Assembly: GCF_030684315.1 (NCBI RefSeq) | Contig: NC_081361.1 | Span: 14,683,861-14,747,860, forward strand | Origin: Stegostoma tigrinum | Taxonomy: Eukaryota | Reading direction: 5' to 3' | DNA: 64,000 nucleotides | In this document: positions 46,858 through 61,759 of the stretch, in pieces | How the letters are laid out: each line of letters opens with the position of its first letter | How positions within the stretch are numbered: position 1 is the stretch's first letter | Program-made: the position numbers and the translations under genes | The notes under the pieces: generated by a model | Told to the model about the DNA's origin: nothing | What the model saw: only the letters and a program-made list of their open reading frames with translations | Databases searched by the model: none

Positions 46858-48925
46858 TACAGTCTTAGAGAATTTTACAGCATGGAAACAGTCCCTTTGG
46901 TCCAACCAAGTATCCTAAATTAATCTAGTCCCAGTTGCCAGCATTTGGCCAATATCTCTCTAAACCCTTCCTATTCGTATACCCATCCAGATGCCTTTTA
47001 AATGTTGTAATTGTGCCAGCCCCTGCCACTTCTTCTGCCAGCTCATTCCAGACATTACGACCCTCTGTGTGCAAACGTTGCCCCATAGGTCCCTTTAAAT
47101 CTTTCCCTCTTACCTTAATCTTATGCCCACTAGTTTTGTACTCGCTCAGCCCAGGGAAATGACCTTGACTATTCGCCCTATCTATGCCCCTCATGATTTT
47201 ATAAACCTCTTTAAAGTCAACTCTCAGCCTCTGATGCTCCAGGGAAAATAGCCCCAGTCTGTTCAGCCTCTCCCTATAACCCTGGCAACATCCTTGTAAA
47301 TTATTCCCGAACCCTTCCAAGTTTCACAATTTCCTTCCTACAGCAGGGAAACCGGAAATACACCCTGTATTCCAGAAATGGCCTAACCAATGTCCTGAAC
47401 AGCCACGACATGATCTCTCATAATCAATGCGCTGACCAATAGAGGCAAGCATACCAAACCCCTTCTTCACTATCCTATCTACCTGCAACTCCACTTTCAA
47501 AGAACTATGAACCTGGATTCTGAGGTCTCTTTGTTCAGCAATACTCCCAGGACCTTACCATTAAGCGTAGAAGTCCTGCCCTGGTTTGCCTTTCCAAAAT
47601 GCAGCATCTCACATTTATTTTAATCAAACTCCATCTGCCACCCCTTGGCCCATTGGCCATCTGATCAAGATCTCAGCATACTCTGAGGTAACCTTCTTCA
47701 CTGTCCACTACATCTCCCATTTTGGTGTCATCTGCAAACTTACTATCCATACCTCCTATGTTCACACCCAAATCATTTAAATAAATGTCAAAATGTAATG
47801 GACCCAGCACCAATCCTTGCAGCAGTCACAGGCCTCCAGTCTGAAAAGCAATCCTCCACCACCACACTGTCTCCTATCTTTGAGCCACATTTTGTATCCA
47901 ATTGCTGAGTTCTCCCGAGATTCCAAGTAATCCAATTTTGTTAACGAGTCGTTTGGAACGTTGTCAAATGCCGTACTGAAGTCCACATAAACAACATCCA
48001 CCACTCTGCCTCCATCAATCTTATTCGTCAATTCTTCAAAAATCTTTATCAAGTTAGTGAGATGATTTCCCCCACAAAAAGCCATGTTGACTATCCCGAA
48101 TCAATCCTTGCCTTTCCAAATACATGTACGTTCTGGCCCTTAAGATTACCTCCAACAATTTGCCCACTACAGATGTCAGGCTCACCGGTCTATTGATTCC
48201 CTGGCTTTTACTTACCACATTTCTTAAATAGTGGCACAATGTTAGCCAACCTCCAGTCTTCCAGCACCTCACCTGTGGCTATCGATGATACAAATATCTC
48301 AGCAAGAGGCCCATCAATCACTTCCCCAGCTTCCCACTGAGTTCTAGGGTACACCTGATCAGGTCCCAGGCATTTATCCACCTTGACGCATTTTAAGACA
48401 TCCACACCCCCTCCTTTGAAATATGGATATTTTTCAGGATATTGCTATTTATTTCCCGACATTCTCCATTTTCCATTTCCTTCCACATCATAAACACTGA
48501 TGCAAAATATTCATTTAGCATCGCCACCATGTCCTGTGGTTCCACGCACAAGTGGCCTTGCTGATCTTCAAGGGGCCCTATTCTCTCCCCAGTTACCCTT
48601 TTGTCCTTAATGTTTTGTAATATCCCCTTTGGATGCTCCTCAACCCTATTTGCCAAAGCTATCTCATGTCCACTTTTTGCCCTCCTGATTTCCATCTTAA
48701 GTATACTCCTATGGTCTTGAGATCCTTCTAGGGATTCATTTGAACTCTGCTGTCTATACCTGACATATGCTTGCTTCTTATTCTTGACCAAAACCTCAAT
48801 TTCTTTAGTCATCCAGCATTGTCTATGCCTACCAGCCTTGCCCTTCTCCCTAACAGAAACATCTAGTCCCTGGACTCTAATTATCTCATTTTTGAAGGCT
48901 GTCCATTTTCCAGCTATCCCTTTAT
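46858..48925 (-). mobile_element. CR1/HER1-type LINE, 5'-truncated, pseudogenised
   Basis: Minus ORFs 48393..48812, 48208..48405 (EDWRLANIVPLFKK), 48054..48272 (RPVSLTSVVGKLLE), 47777..48085 (DVVYVDFSTAFD); intact FADDTK near 47720-47740. Confidence 0.9.
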
Positions 48926-49639
48926 ATTCAGTCCTGTGTGCACTCTTCCCACTGGCCCTGGGCTAGTCTTGCATTGTGTACCATCTGTTTCTGAGACAAA
49001 AATAGAAACAAAACCTCAACGCTAATAAAATTGAATGAAAATGACCAAACAGAATAGTTTAAAAGTTATTAATGAACTTTCATTAAAGAAATTTTCTGCA
49101 ATCTGTCTGTTTCTGTGAACCCGCAACTTTCAATGGGTTGTTCCTTGTGCATGTAAGGTGGTAGGCAACAAGTTAACTTTGCAATCATGAGTGCTCATTA
49201 ACAGCAACCTGAGGCAAAGCGTACTTTATTACTGAAGGTTGCTGTTACTAGTCTGTAACAGCTGTTACTAAGGGGTATGATGTTTAAAATGTAAAATCCA
49301 GTGCCTTTTCCAGAGCATTCTGCACTTTCTTTTCAATTGCCCTGAATCAACATTCTATTGTTGGAGTAAGTTCTTTCTAGAAGCCAAAAACAGTTAATGT
49401 GCATGACAGCAACTTGCATACCATGTATCCCTTTAGGTCACGCACCATCCTGACTTGACATCTTATGCCTGCCTACATGCAGGGTTAAAATCCTGCAACT
49501 TCCCATACCACATCATTGTGGAAATGTACCACCTATCTCTGTGCACTTTTCAGCTACTTGAAGAAAGAAAACCAGCTTATATTTCCTTCATTAGATGCTG
49601 CAAGCTGAGACTTGGAATTGGACATGTCAGGGACTATTT

Positions 49640-51155
49640 TGTAAATGCAAGGCTCTGAGTCCTGACAGCATTCCAGCAACAGTGCTAAAGATTTGTGCTC
49701 CATGACTTGCTGCTCCCCTAGCCAAGCTGTTCCAGTTACAACCCTGGCATCTACCCATTAAAGTGGGAAATTGCCCAAGTATGTCCTGTACATAAAAAGC
49801 AGGACTAATCCAACCCGGCCAATTACTGGTCCATCAGTTTACTGTCGATCATCAGTAAAGTGATGCAAGGTGTTATCAATAGTGCTATCAAGCAATACCT
49901 GCTCACTGACGTCCAGTTTGGGTTCCATCAGGGTCACTCAGCTCCCTCATTACAGCCTTGGGTCAAATATGGGCAAAAGAACTGAATTCCAGAAGTGAGG
50001 TGAGAGTGATAGACCTGGACATCAAGACTGCATTCGACTAAGCGTGGCATCAAGGAGCCCGAGCAAATCTAGAAACAACAATACTAGGGGCCAACACTCT
50101 CCTAGTTGGAGTCATACCTGGCACAAAGGGAGAGGCTCATTATTGTTGAAGATCAGTTACCTCAGCTCCAGGACATCTCTGCAGACGTTCCTCAGGGTAG
50201 TGTCCTAGGCCCAATCATCTTCAGCTGCTTCATTAATGACCATCCTTCAATCATAATATCAGAAGTGGGGACGTTCGCTGATTATTGCACAACATTCAGC
50301 ACCATTCATGACTCCTCAGATACTGAAGCAGTCCATGCCCAAATGCAACAAGATCCGCACAATATCCAGGCTTGGGCTGACAAGTGGCAAGTAACATTTG
50401 TGCCACACAAATGCCAGGCCATTACCATCTCCAAGATGAGTTAATCTCCATCCTCCCTTGACATTCAATAGTGTTACCATCACTAAATCCCCCACTTTTA
50501 ACATCCTAGGGGTTATCATTGATCAGAAACTCACCTGGTCTCACCACATAAACACAGTGGCTACAAGAGCTGGTCAGAGGCTAGGAATATTGCAGCAAGT
50601 AACTCACCTCCTGACTCCCTACAGCTTGTCCACCATCTACAAGGCAGATTTCAGGAATGTGATGGAATACTCCTCACCTGCCCAGGTGGATGCCACTCTA
50701 AAAACACTCAAGAAGCTTGACACTATCCAGGACAAAGCAGCCTGCTTGACTGGCACCACATCTACAAGCATCCACTCCCTCCATCATGCCAATAACAGCA
50801 GTATGTACTATCTACAAGGTGTACTGCAGAAATTAACCAAAGATCCTTAAACGACACCTGCCAAATGTCTGACTATGTCCACCTAGAAGGACAAGGACAG
50901 CAGATAAATGGGGATACTACCATCTGCAAGGTGTCCTCCGAGCCACTCACTGTTCTAACTTTGGAATATAATGTTGATCCTTCACTGTTACAAGAGCAAA
51001 ATTCTGGAACTGCTCCCTATGAACACTAACCCACAGAGGGTGGCCTGCAGCAGTTCAAGAAGGGCACTCATCATCATCTTTGACGGCAACTATGGACAGG
51101 CAATAAATGCTAGCCAGCCATCAATGCACCCATTCCAACAGATGAATTAAACAAA
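49640..51155 (+). mobile_element. Second non-LTR LINE family (CR1/Jockey group), RT region to 3' end
   Basis: [47 protein letters not shown]; 3' end GGCAATAAATGC...ATGAATTAAACAAAAA. Confidence 0.85.
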
Positions 51156-51199
51156 AATCAGCCAGCCAGCCTGCCACCCCCCCACCCCACCCCCGCCAG

Positions 51200-51595
51200 C
51201 CTTGTAAACGAGTGTATGTATTTGGAGAAATTAAGTTCAAAGAGAAATCTTTCAAAAATAGTAAGGAACCTTGCAAACAGATCTTTTGACAAAGATTACA
51301 TGATTGCTTTTCCTTCACCTGGTTTAGTTTTCTGTTTTTGCCTATATGCATAAGGGAAATTTATAAGCATTGAGTTTAATTAATTTAGTATATTTAGTGT
51401 AGCTAAAATCTGTATTTGTAATGTAAGTAAAGAAACCTAGCCCATAACTTTAATCAGCCTGGGTCTGAAAATCAGGTAGTTTAGGGATTTTGCTCATTTG
51501 TTTTGAAAAGCAAAACACAACTTTAACTTTGTGCCAACTTTGAGAAGAGCAGGGTTTCATGTTCAGTGCTACCGGTCCCCAGTGAGTTGTGAACC
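51200..51595 (+). mobile_element. Putative LTR fragment
   Basis: 3' portion (AAAGAAACCTAG...CTGGGTCT...TTTAACTTTGTG...CAGTGAGTTGTGAAC) parallels the end of 57234-58143. Confidence 0.3.
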
Positions 51596-51729
51596 TTGAA
51601 ATACTATATCGCTCAAAGGGGCTTTTACAGTTCAGATGTGGACAGGATGTCTCTTTCTGGAGTATCCAGGATTAGGGATTTCTGCTGAAAAAAACAGGTC
51701 ACCCCATTTAAGAGATGGGATAATTTGTT

Positions 51730-51934
51730 CAGAGATAGTATGAACTGCCGATGCTGGAGTCAGAGATAACACAGTGTGGAGCTGGAGGAACACAGCAGGC
51801 CAGGCAGCATCAGAGGGAGCAGGAAAGCTGACACTTCAGGTCAGGACCGTTCCTCAGAAAATGTCTGACCTGAAATGTCAACTTTCCTGCTCCTCTGATG
51901 CTGCCTGACCTTCTGTGTTCCTCGAGCTCCATGC
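51730..51934. mobile_element. Penelope-like fold-back mini-element inserted in a CR1 3' fragment (51600-52180)
   Basis: Inverted arms around a decayed core at 51830-51857 (-); TSD TGGGAWAATTTGTT at 51716-51729 and 51935-51948. Confidence 0.78.
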
Positions 51935-52789
51935 TGGGAAAATTTGTTTTTGTCTTAGAGTCTTTGTGCTCTGAAAAACTCTCTCTACTTGAAAAGGTGG
52001 CAGAAATAGAATCTTTGAATATTTTTGACTGAGCTGTATAGATTCTTAGAAAGCAAGGGAGCTGAAAGGAGCTCAGCAGGAATGTGGATTTTAGCATGCA
52101 ATACGATCTGCCATGATTTTATTAAATAGCAGAGCAGGCTCAAGGGGCTGAATGGCCCACTCCTGCTCCTTTGTTGGTCCATTTGTACGACATGTGCAGT
52201 GCCTGTGTGGTGATTATGCTGTGCCTGAAAATGGGGCGCAAATGGATTGCTGTCACATTCTGTTGCGAAAAGAACAATTGATGGAATAAATCTGAATTAA
52301 GTCTGCATCTAAGCCTGAAACATGAGTTGGGTTTTGACATTGGTTTAAATGCGGCAATTATGAGAATCCGTTTTCAATCATTTAACAGTAAACACTGCTA
52401 GGTACATCTGACTGAAGCAGACTGATGTCCACATATCGTCTTGAGATGTTTTCTGACTACCGATGGGAAAGTAGCAAAGTGTGCCGTAATTACCAACCGT
52501 GTTTTGTGAACAGGATAGAAGGGAACAGAGTTCAATTGCCCAGTTATCATTGCTGTTCCCTTATCTCTTCTGTAATGGGCATCCTTCAGAACACCTATGA
52601 AGGATGAAGTCCCGTTCACCCTATCACAAGCTTGCCTTGTCAAATAGTGACAAGGGCTGACTTGTTTGACCTTGAAACAAACCTACTTAATGGTCTATCT
52701 TTCGGGTAAATGGGCAATATCAAAGAAACAAATTGTTGTAAGTGCCCCAGTGTTGATTACCCAGGATGTTGGCAGGAATAGAGGGTCTG

Positions 52790-53225
52790 AGTGACAAGGA
52801 CAGGCTGAGTAATTTGGGACTTTTTCACTGGAATGTAGGAGGTTGAGTGGTGACCTTTGAGAAGTTTATAAAATCATGAGGGGTGTTAATATTGTTTGTG
52901 GCAGGTGCCTTTTTCCTGAGGGTGGGAGATTTAATGACTGGGCGGAATATTTTTAAGGTAGAGGAGAAACATTTAAAAAAGACATGGTGGTGGCAACTCT
53001 TCTTCTTTAAGCACCAGTGGTTTGCATGTGGTTTTCAGAGGAAGTGGTGGATATGTGGACAGTTAGAACATTTAAAAGGCATTTGGATAAGTACATGAAT
53101 AAAAATTGTTTTGAAGGATATGGGCCAAGTGCAGGCAAGGGTGGCTAATTTTGTTTGGAATTGTAATGAGCATGCACTGATTGGGCCAAAAGGTTTGTTT
53201 TGTGCTGTATGACTCTCTGACTCTA
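52790..53225 (+). mobile_element. CR1 3' end
   Basis: GGACTTTTTCACTGGAATGTAGGAGGTTGAGTGGTGACC...ACATTTAAAAGGCATTTGGATAAGTACATGAAT...CTGTATGACTCTCTGACTCTA. Confidence 0.8.
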
Positions 53226-54134
53226 CTTATATCCAAGTAAACATTGTATAAGATTTAAGAAAATTGTGCCAAGACAATTTGAAGGCTGTAGCAATAGTCA
53301 TAGGATACCTGTATTGAGCAATATGAGGTTGTGAGGAAGTTGGAGTAAAGGAAGCATTTTAGCTTGTCAAAGGGAGCCGGTTTAAGTGGGAATTTTTAGG
53401 TGCCATTGCTCAGTCAATTATGAGGGATAGAAATGCGTTTAGCTTTGGGAATGGCGAAACTTGGTCTTGCTCAGAGAAAAGTACAGTGTGATGAACTCCT
53501 ATTCTGGTGATGGCTGTCTTCGGCTTTCCTTACTGTCAATTACTGTTGCCTTGAGCCAACAGATAGGAAGCGGTCATAATCGTGCATTCGAAAATGTGTG
53601 ACAGTAAGTAACCTAGATAATAAAGGAACATAATCCTGAACAGAGCTGAGAACTAAGCAAAGAATTATAATGTTTTGCTTGTTGATGCAACGTGGTATAC
53701 GTCAGTGAGTCAGATTTTTGCTGTTTAGTGATGTGAATAGTGTGCAAATGTGACACCATGTGCTATTACAACCATTGATTATTGCAGTTGATCTTTGTTC
53801 CCAATTGCTTCATATATTCTCCACGTCTTCCAATTGTGTTGGATCACTTTAAGCCAATTACAATTATGTGACAGAAAGGTGGAACGTCAAGGGCAGTGTA
53901 TGCAGAATATGGGACTTTTAGCATATGTTAATAGCAAGTCGAAACACAAACTGCTTTATTGCACAGATATGCTGGGTAATCAGGACATAGATGTTGTTTA
54001 TAAAAAGGATTTGGAATCCTTTGTTGAATGTCACCCTACAACATATAATCGCAAACATTAGCATCAGTGTTTCCTGTTATTGTATATTGACACACCAGTA
54101 TCGTACACTGAAGTAGTAATATATTCACTAGCAC

Positions 54135-54405
54135 CTCATAGAATCATAGCATTTCTATGGAGTGGAAGCAGGCCATTTGGCCCATCTAGACCACACCGAC
54201 CCTCTGAAGAACATCCCACCCAGACCCAGCCCCCTACCCTATCCCTAAAATCCTGTATTTCCCATGGCCAATCCACCTAACCTGCATATCTCTGGGCTGT
54301 GGGAGGAAACCTGCACAGACTGCGTGTGCAAACTCCACACAGACAGTCACCCGAGGTTGGAATCGAACCCGGGTCCCTGGTACTATGAGGCAGCAGTGCT
54401 AACCT
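54135..54405 (-). mobile_element. HE1-type SINE
   Basis: Reverse complement GGTTAGCACTGCTGCCTCATAGTACCAGGGACCCGGGTTCGATTCC (canonical B box); CATAGAATCATAG tail on +. Confidence 0.88.
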
Positions 54406-55849
54406 AATTATAAATAATTGGCATACAAAGCATGATTGAAAAATCGTCAGATTATAAAGTTAATTAAGAAAAAGAATATTGTCTAGAAGACATCAAAACT
54501 GGAGAGACAGAACCAGGCATGTAAATTTATTTAATTTGTGAAACGATGCAATAGCAGAACATCTCACTTAATGATCAAGTATCAGAAGATTAGACGATGT
54601 ATATTAGTAACAATCTGAGCATCACTGTTTACCATTGCCACATCACTTTTCATTGTGATCTCTTATGCCACTCAACTAATGACCTTTTTTTTAAACAGTT
54701 GATATCCAGTTATTCAATGGTCTATGGTTCATAACATAGAAAACACATCTAGAGTACAGGTTTGAATCTAATTGAAGATTTCAGGTGACATATGTTATCA
54801 ATAGGTTGAGACTGCATGCTGGAATCTAACTGAGATCTTTAGCTGACTTATATACAGAAGAGATACATAGAAAAGTTATGTAATAAAAACTGCATGACAA
54901 CCTGAGCACTCTGTCTTGTATATGATGCATAATAATTGTCTGGCAATGAAATGAAGGGAGTAATTTAATCTCAGGGTTCTGATGACATTTATAAACCAGT
55001 GAAGCTTGGTTATTCCAATAAAATGAATAAAAGATGATCTTATTGAACTATATAAAATCCTTTAGAGGGCAAATACTGGATTTACTTTCCTGGGTGGAGA
55101 CCTCAAGCAAAGATCTGCAGATTGGTAAGGCATTGGGGGAAACTGAGAAAATTTGGTGACAGGGCAGTTGGAGTTGACAACTGTTCATCCACAAATGATG
55201 GAGCAGATTTTGGGGAGTGTGGGATTTGTGCTGAGAGTGGGAAGGATGTTTGATGTTGAGGAGGTCTCTGTAGTCTATATCTGCTCCTGTTTATTCTGTT
55301 CTCACATACAGTTACATGAACTTCATCAATCATTGTGTTGGCAAAGGAGGCAATTGTGTTATGTCTCAGGGCTAATGTGCAGAATAGTCTTATTTTAGTG
55401 GGACAAGCCCAATCCTCGTTAAACAATGTGACCCAATGGCATAAAAGTCTCAGTCTCCACCTTACTGAGCCCCCTTGCAGCATGTTGTGCTGAGGTAGGT
55501 GTCCTACAAACTATATTCAAATTGCTCAGTTTTAGCCAAGGCATGCCAGTGCATGTGATTTTAATATATGTAGATGGCAGAGCCAAAATAACATCTGTTG
55601 AATCCTCACCATGTTATCTATGCCTCATCCTTATGTTATAGAAGTTAACAAAAATCTCACCTCGTCAGGTAGGAAGACCTCACTGAAGGTTTAAAAAAAA
55701 TGAAGCCCATCTATGGGAAATTATGAAGTCATGATAGATATGGGTTAACAGTGGTGGTTATTTTCACTTTGAAAGAAAATTCTTGAGGTACCACATCAGA
55801 GACAACCATTTTTTTATCCAGAAAAATTGCACAGAAATTGGCCAAGAAA

Positions 55850-56085
55850 TATATTAACTGATGATCTCTTGCTCTGCTGATGTGGTGAAATAATTTTGAC
55901 AGGTTAGAAATCCATTGCTTTAAGCTTACCAAGAATCGTACCCTCTACCTGAAATTTTGGAACTGAATCTTCAATGATACTGCAGTCTCTCAATACGTTG
56001 TTGAATGCTAAACTTTAACTACGATCTTGGGTTAAGGCTGAATACACAATATCCCGAATCAGTGACAGAAGCGCGAATTGAGCTG
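55850..56085 (-). mobile_element. SacSINE1/DeuSINE-like element, very decayed
   Basis: TGATACTGCAGTCTCTCAATACGTTG...GGTTAAGGCTGAATACACAAT...TCAGTGACAGAAG resembles the reverse-complemented SINE head. Confidence 0.4.
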
Positions 56086-57233
56086 CAGTTGTGTAAGTGG
56101 TGCAATCTTAGGCAGATTGCAGAAGACTGATATAGACAAAGATTGGCATAGTTTGAAAGCTTTGGGTATGGACATTAGAATGGATAATGGAATAATACAT
56201 CTTGATTACAACAGAACAAGAACTCATGTAAGAAGGAGGTGGTATACAACTAAGTGTTGAATTTAGTTATCAGAAGAGTGATGTGAAGAGCAACAGAGAA
56301 AAAAAAGGAAGCTTTAGTTGTATTCTAATGAGTTATGAACATGAAGAGAAACTGTGAAGCACCTTTTAATGCACAGCTGAATATATCCAGACAAAGCAAC
56401 GACAATTATTCAATATTCCACAAAAACTTTGTCTCATCGTGTTTCCTTTTTTTGAAATGTCAGTAACAAGATAGACAATCAGAAGGATGCACGGAAAGAA
56501 TTATCAGAAATATTCTGCAAAACAAATCAGCAATACAGCCGAACTGTGACAGTTATTTGTTTTTTTTAAATTGCTGTGTTGCATGAAATAACCATGGCAT
56601 TAACTCTTTTATGGCTGTTTTGGACTTCCAGAAAGGTTCAGTAGCTTATTTTGCATCAAGTAGACAATAAATACCACATTTAATTGAGGGTGAGAGGGAT
56701 TTTCGGATAAGTAACATTGCAACTTTTTAACGATGGGAAAATCAATATGGAGATATCATTCTTCAATGGTGAGATGGTCTAATTCCTGTGCTTTAAGCTT
56801 ATATGAGTAACTTAAACTATGAATGTCAACATCACCATTTTCTACAGGAAACTTTCACTGCAAATATTGAAATATAGCAGGATGAATTCTGGTTTTGCAA
56901 CAGCAAATTAGACATGCTTAATGCTCTTAATATTCTAGAATAAAGTTCCTGAAATTCATTGGTCGTCTGCTTTGTAGCTCGGATGGGACACAAACCAAAT
57001 CTCATTGCAAAGCAAAAGGGAACAGTAGCATTACAAATTCCAGGATCTTCTGGCCATGCCTTAAATGAGGTCAAAGTTCTCCAAACTCTAGCCTGTGTTC
57101 GCTCACACACTCACCTCCAACCCACTAAATTGTGTAGTGGCAGCAAATTTTCCAGCTGCTTGTCAGAATTTTCGGAGTGCTGTAGAGTGGCACATACACT
57201 AACAACTAACACTTAAAGATTGTGTGCGTTTTT

Positions 57234-58143
57234 TGTGATGATGATTCTGGACTGAAAAGGAAAGAAAAAGCTGTTTAAAATCCAAGGATTATCAAAGGAT
57301 TACTGCATCCATTTTTGAAAAAGAAAAAGCAGGTTACCTGACACACGTGGTAAGTGGTGTTGACACAGCTGTTGGCTCAAGAGGTGGGAAATCCAATTAA
57401 CAAGCTGCAGTCAGGCAGCTGCATTTGAGTTGGAATTTAGTTGGCAACATGGAGCTGATTGGTCAGTAAGATGGTGACCAATTAAAACTGATGATAAAGG
57501 CCTCCTGTTGGCTAACTGCAATATGATGGGCTCCCAGGGTAGTTGAAAAGCTTGGGGGTGGGCATTTTCAGGAGAAGCTATTGGGCATCTGGAAGGGAAA
57601 GAATATTTTTTCAATGGTGGCACAAAAACAGCACGTCAAGCCTGAAGGTAGCCACTTTCTTTCCCCTCATCAGTTACTATAAGATGAATTTTTAATAAGT
57701 CTGAGACTTTTTTTCTTAGTGTGTGAGCCAGTCACTATGTGCCTCCTGCAAGAATACAAGTGGAAGTATCTGCAGAAGGAAGGAAGATTGAGAAGCAGCA
57801 CCTGGATCAAGAAAAGGATCATCTCAGCAAATACTGTGGACAGGGACCACTGAAAATTTTCCTCTGCACATCACACTTTTTTACATATGTGTATGTGTGT
57901 AGAGGGAGACATTTATAAGTTGGTTACAGTATTAACTAGTTCAATTATCTGTTGACAATTCACTGTTCATCTATAGTTAGAATCTATTAACCTGCAACAT
58001 ACAGCAGCAACTCAATTACAGAAACCTTACTGATGATTTATGTCAACTTGGGTCTAATATAACTAAATTCTGTGCACTTTTAACTTTTGTGATGACTCCA
58101 GGAATAGGGGGACTTAATTTTCAACACTCCATGAGGTGTAAGA
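57234..58143 (+). mobile_element. Putative solo LTR
   Basis: Begins TGTGATG, ends ...CCATGAGGTGTAAGA (degenerate TG...CA); its 3' part resembles 51420-51595; no TSD confirmed. Confidence 0.3.
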
Positions 58144-61100
58144 CTTAGTTTCTCTTCCAGAAACTCTCCCACTCTGCACCCACTGAGGTGGGGTGGGCAG
58201 AGTTGGTAATGGCCCATGCTGACAGGTGCAGGAAATACAATGCAGATCCCACATCCCAAAGGATTCCATGTTTGCAAGAAATGCACAGACATGGATTAGG
58301 AGATCTATGGTTTTGATTACAGTAAACTAGATTAGTGGTCCAATTGAAACAGAAATATTTGTATTAGTCGAAAAGCACGATGGACGTTAATTTATAATGA
58401 TTATTTGGAACAATTTTCATTACCTCTGTTACCGTTGCTGTCAGTGGCCTCCTTTTAAAAGTATCCAACGCTTCCTTAATTTATGGTTAACACCTACGCT
58501 ACTTGACTCCCATCTCATGCAAACTTGTTACCCTATTGTTCCTGCTCAACATACCCCACAACACGACACAAGTCCGGGCTTCTTAAATTGCGCAGAATAT
58601 AAAAACATGCCTCTGGATGTGTCTGCTTGCTGAACTTTGCTGCTCATTTTGAGCTTTAATGGCATAACTTCTCATGTGCTAATGCCATAATTATGTGTTT
58701 ATAAATGTGCTATAATCTTACAGTCTGCATTAGAGCCTGTTCCTTGCGTACTGCTCCTAGGCCTACCATACCTTTCCTAACCTTTGATAATTTTTCTGTA
58801 GACCTGGTCCTTATTGTAACATGCTCTGAAAATGAACTACATTATCATTAATTTGAGTACTTAAAATGAAGTCTGTAACTGACCTGAATACTAAGTGAAT
58901 AGGAAGTAAGCTAATTCAACCTTAATTCTAATGCCTATTGAGCAATTTTTTGAAAAAGGCTTCTAAGTTAAAAGCTAATAGCGTCTTGTACAAGCAAACA
59001 AAATACCTTGCTAATATTGGGAAGCCAAATGGAAGAGCACAGATAGGTCTAGCTCCTGGAGGAACAGTATGTTACCCTAACTGGTCTTGTCTGAAGATTA
59101 TGTCTTAGGAGAACCAGGAAATGGTAAGGGTACGGAGTATAATTTCTGTCACGTTCCATCCATCTCATTTGTGGAAACCCCAGAAGTCATTGAAAGTGGG
59201 TTGTAAGAATTTTCCCAGCTCCATAGAAGAATGGCTGGCTGGTGGAGATCCTGAGAAATTTGAGGCTTAGTCACTTTAGGTTGGTTTCCTGTTCATTTCT
59301 GCCTCAGTGGGACACTCCCAGAATTGGCTCTATGATCAACCATACGTGGCAGCCAATAAATGCACCCAAGGCCTGACTTGATGTCTGTTTTGGGATGGGG
59401 CTGATATTTTCCAGCTCTTGTGGGGGCCGATCACTGCTCAGCAGGTCATTGTAGAGGGATCTCCAGAGCAGCTGGGGGAGAGGGTGCTATCAGAGATAGA
59501 CTGCCCAAATGACAGGGTTATAACATCAAGGCTGTATTATTATCTGCCACTGTTCCAGCAAAGAGTCAAAAAGGGCTTACAGCCTCATTTTTTTTCTAAT
59601 TAAGTGAATGGCTTCTGTAAAAATCTGTTGACTTCTTGCTCAGCTCTCTGATTGGCCCTCTGCTTCTTTGGTCTAGTCTCCATCCTAATTGGATGATTTT
59701 CCAAAGGTACATCTTTAATCGTTCACCTGCCAGAAGATTGTAATCACTGCAAGTCATAACCATTTACAGATTCCCAACATGGGCTCACAGTGGACAATGA
59801 GATACCGCCAACAGAATCCAATCTCCAGAATCTAGTGTGTTCACCATCTTGAGGATTTAACTAGGTTTACAGGTGTCTTAAGAACCTACATGCCTTTGGA
59901 AGTGCTTGACAGAATTTCTCTTGCTCTCTAACATTGTTATGCTCTCTTATTTAGCTCCGTAAGCCACTCTTGATGTAGAAGATATGGAAACGAACCTTTT
60001 CCAAGTCAGAGATATCTTTTAGGGTAAGGAGGTATCATTTATAGAAGCCAAATTATATTGTTGCAGTTTCCAACTATCAGGTATGTCAATTAACTGCAAT
60101 TATCTAAGATTAGGAAAGGTGAAGCTTATACACATTAGCAGATCTTTGTCATTTGTGTAGTTACGACATGGAATAGATATATACCTTTGCTCAATTAGCA
60201 ATTCTTTAAGTTGTGATTTTGAGACCAATAGTTTGTAAGAATTAGAAGCTGGACACGGCATTTTGACATTTCAACCCTGCTCTGTCTTTCAGTATACATA
60301 CGCATGATAATCTTCAACCTGACTGTACCATCCCCCACTTACCTCAATTTCTTCAGTACAGTACAAACAAATCTATCGATCCCTGTCTTTAATAAACGCA
60401 AGTTAACACTGCATCCACACTCTCCAGGGGCAGAACGTTTCAAAGATTGAGCACACCTTTAAGTGAAGTAATTTCTGACCTGTTGGTCTGAGACACAATA
60501 TCCTAGATTCCCCTTTGTAGGGGAATTGAGCATTCAGCCTGTTAGGAAGCAGTGGAATGTATTATCAATTGCCTCTTGTTAGAACACGTATGCCCTTTTT
60601 TACATAAGGAGACTAAAGCTGGATGCAATTTTGCTAATTAAATAGAGACTTCAAAGAGCTGTATAATTGTCATAAGGTTTCTGTCAAGACTACATACCAG
60701 ATGTACTCTCAAAGTGATCCATAAACTAAGACTTTAGATAAGCATTCTATAAAAATTATTGAACACTTCAATGTAGACACAACCTGCAACACAATTTGAT
60801 GCTCTAAGCAAGGTTGAGGATTGGATTATTACACAACTATTGTTGAAGGTTACTTAAAGAAAATGCAGTAATTAGCTAAAATTTACTTGCTTTAAACTTT
60901 TGTATGTGCAAGAACAAAAACTACCAAGGAGATGGAAACATGGTCTCTAATATCATTGCCTGCCTGACCTGTTTGAAGATCCTATTTTTCAAGTGAAGGG
61001 GGTGAAACACAAAGTAGGTTTCAACAGCTCTGATGGCTCCTGTAGTCAACTAGTCAAAAGTTGCTCGCACAAGTGGACCAAGAAGACCAGGTTCTGGGAG

Positions 61101-61759
61101 TAAATGAAAGGTCCTCTGTTTCACTTTTATGGGACAACTCATCATAATCCTTTGTATAGCCTGGTAGGTACAGCAGCCCTTTTTAACTATCCCAATTGTT
61201 TTTCTCAGTCTCCTTGTTGCGAAGGAAGTTGCTGTTTCATGATGTCTCTCTCATGGTGTACCGAGAGGTTATTTTTTTAAAATGGCTGCCTGCACCTAGC
61301 TTTTGTCATCATCAGCCAAAATGGCTGCAAATCCCAACTCTCGATGTCCTTGTTCCATAAAGCAAAATTAAGCTGGAATTTCTTGTGATGTCCTTCTTGT
61401 CATCTACTAAAGGCTACGGAAGTTTTGAGTGTTTACATTTGTTGAGGGTTCAATGAACAGTAGCAGAGCCACAGAATTCATCAACAAGCCTTTCTGATTG
61501 ACTCTTGAGATAACAGCACAGCCTGTCTGCTTTTGCTTGTTGCTGAATTCATGAGAAGCTGTGTTGGATTTGGGGCCATTTTTTGAGTTTCCCCTATTAC
61601 CATTTTAAAGACAGACTAACTTTTTTCACAACATATGTATTATAGGGACACAATCTGAAATACTTTCTTGGCTCTTGAGCTTTTGGTGCAAAAGGATTGG
61701 AGTTTACTATTTACATTTCTAAGTTTTTGCGGCTTCTTTTTTTTAATGAATTATGATTG

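Noticed and set aside
61278-61330. Paired AAAATGGC (YY1-like) motifs as a promoter
   Set aside because: Short motifs, probably within an LTR-like repeat; no CpG enrichment or other support.
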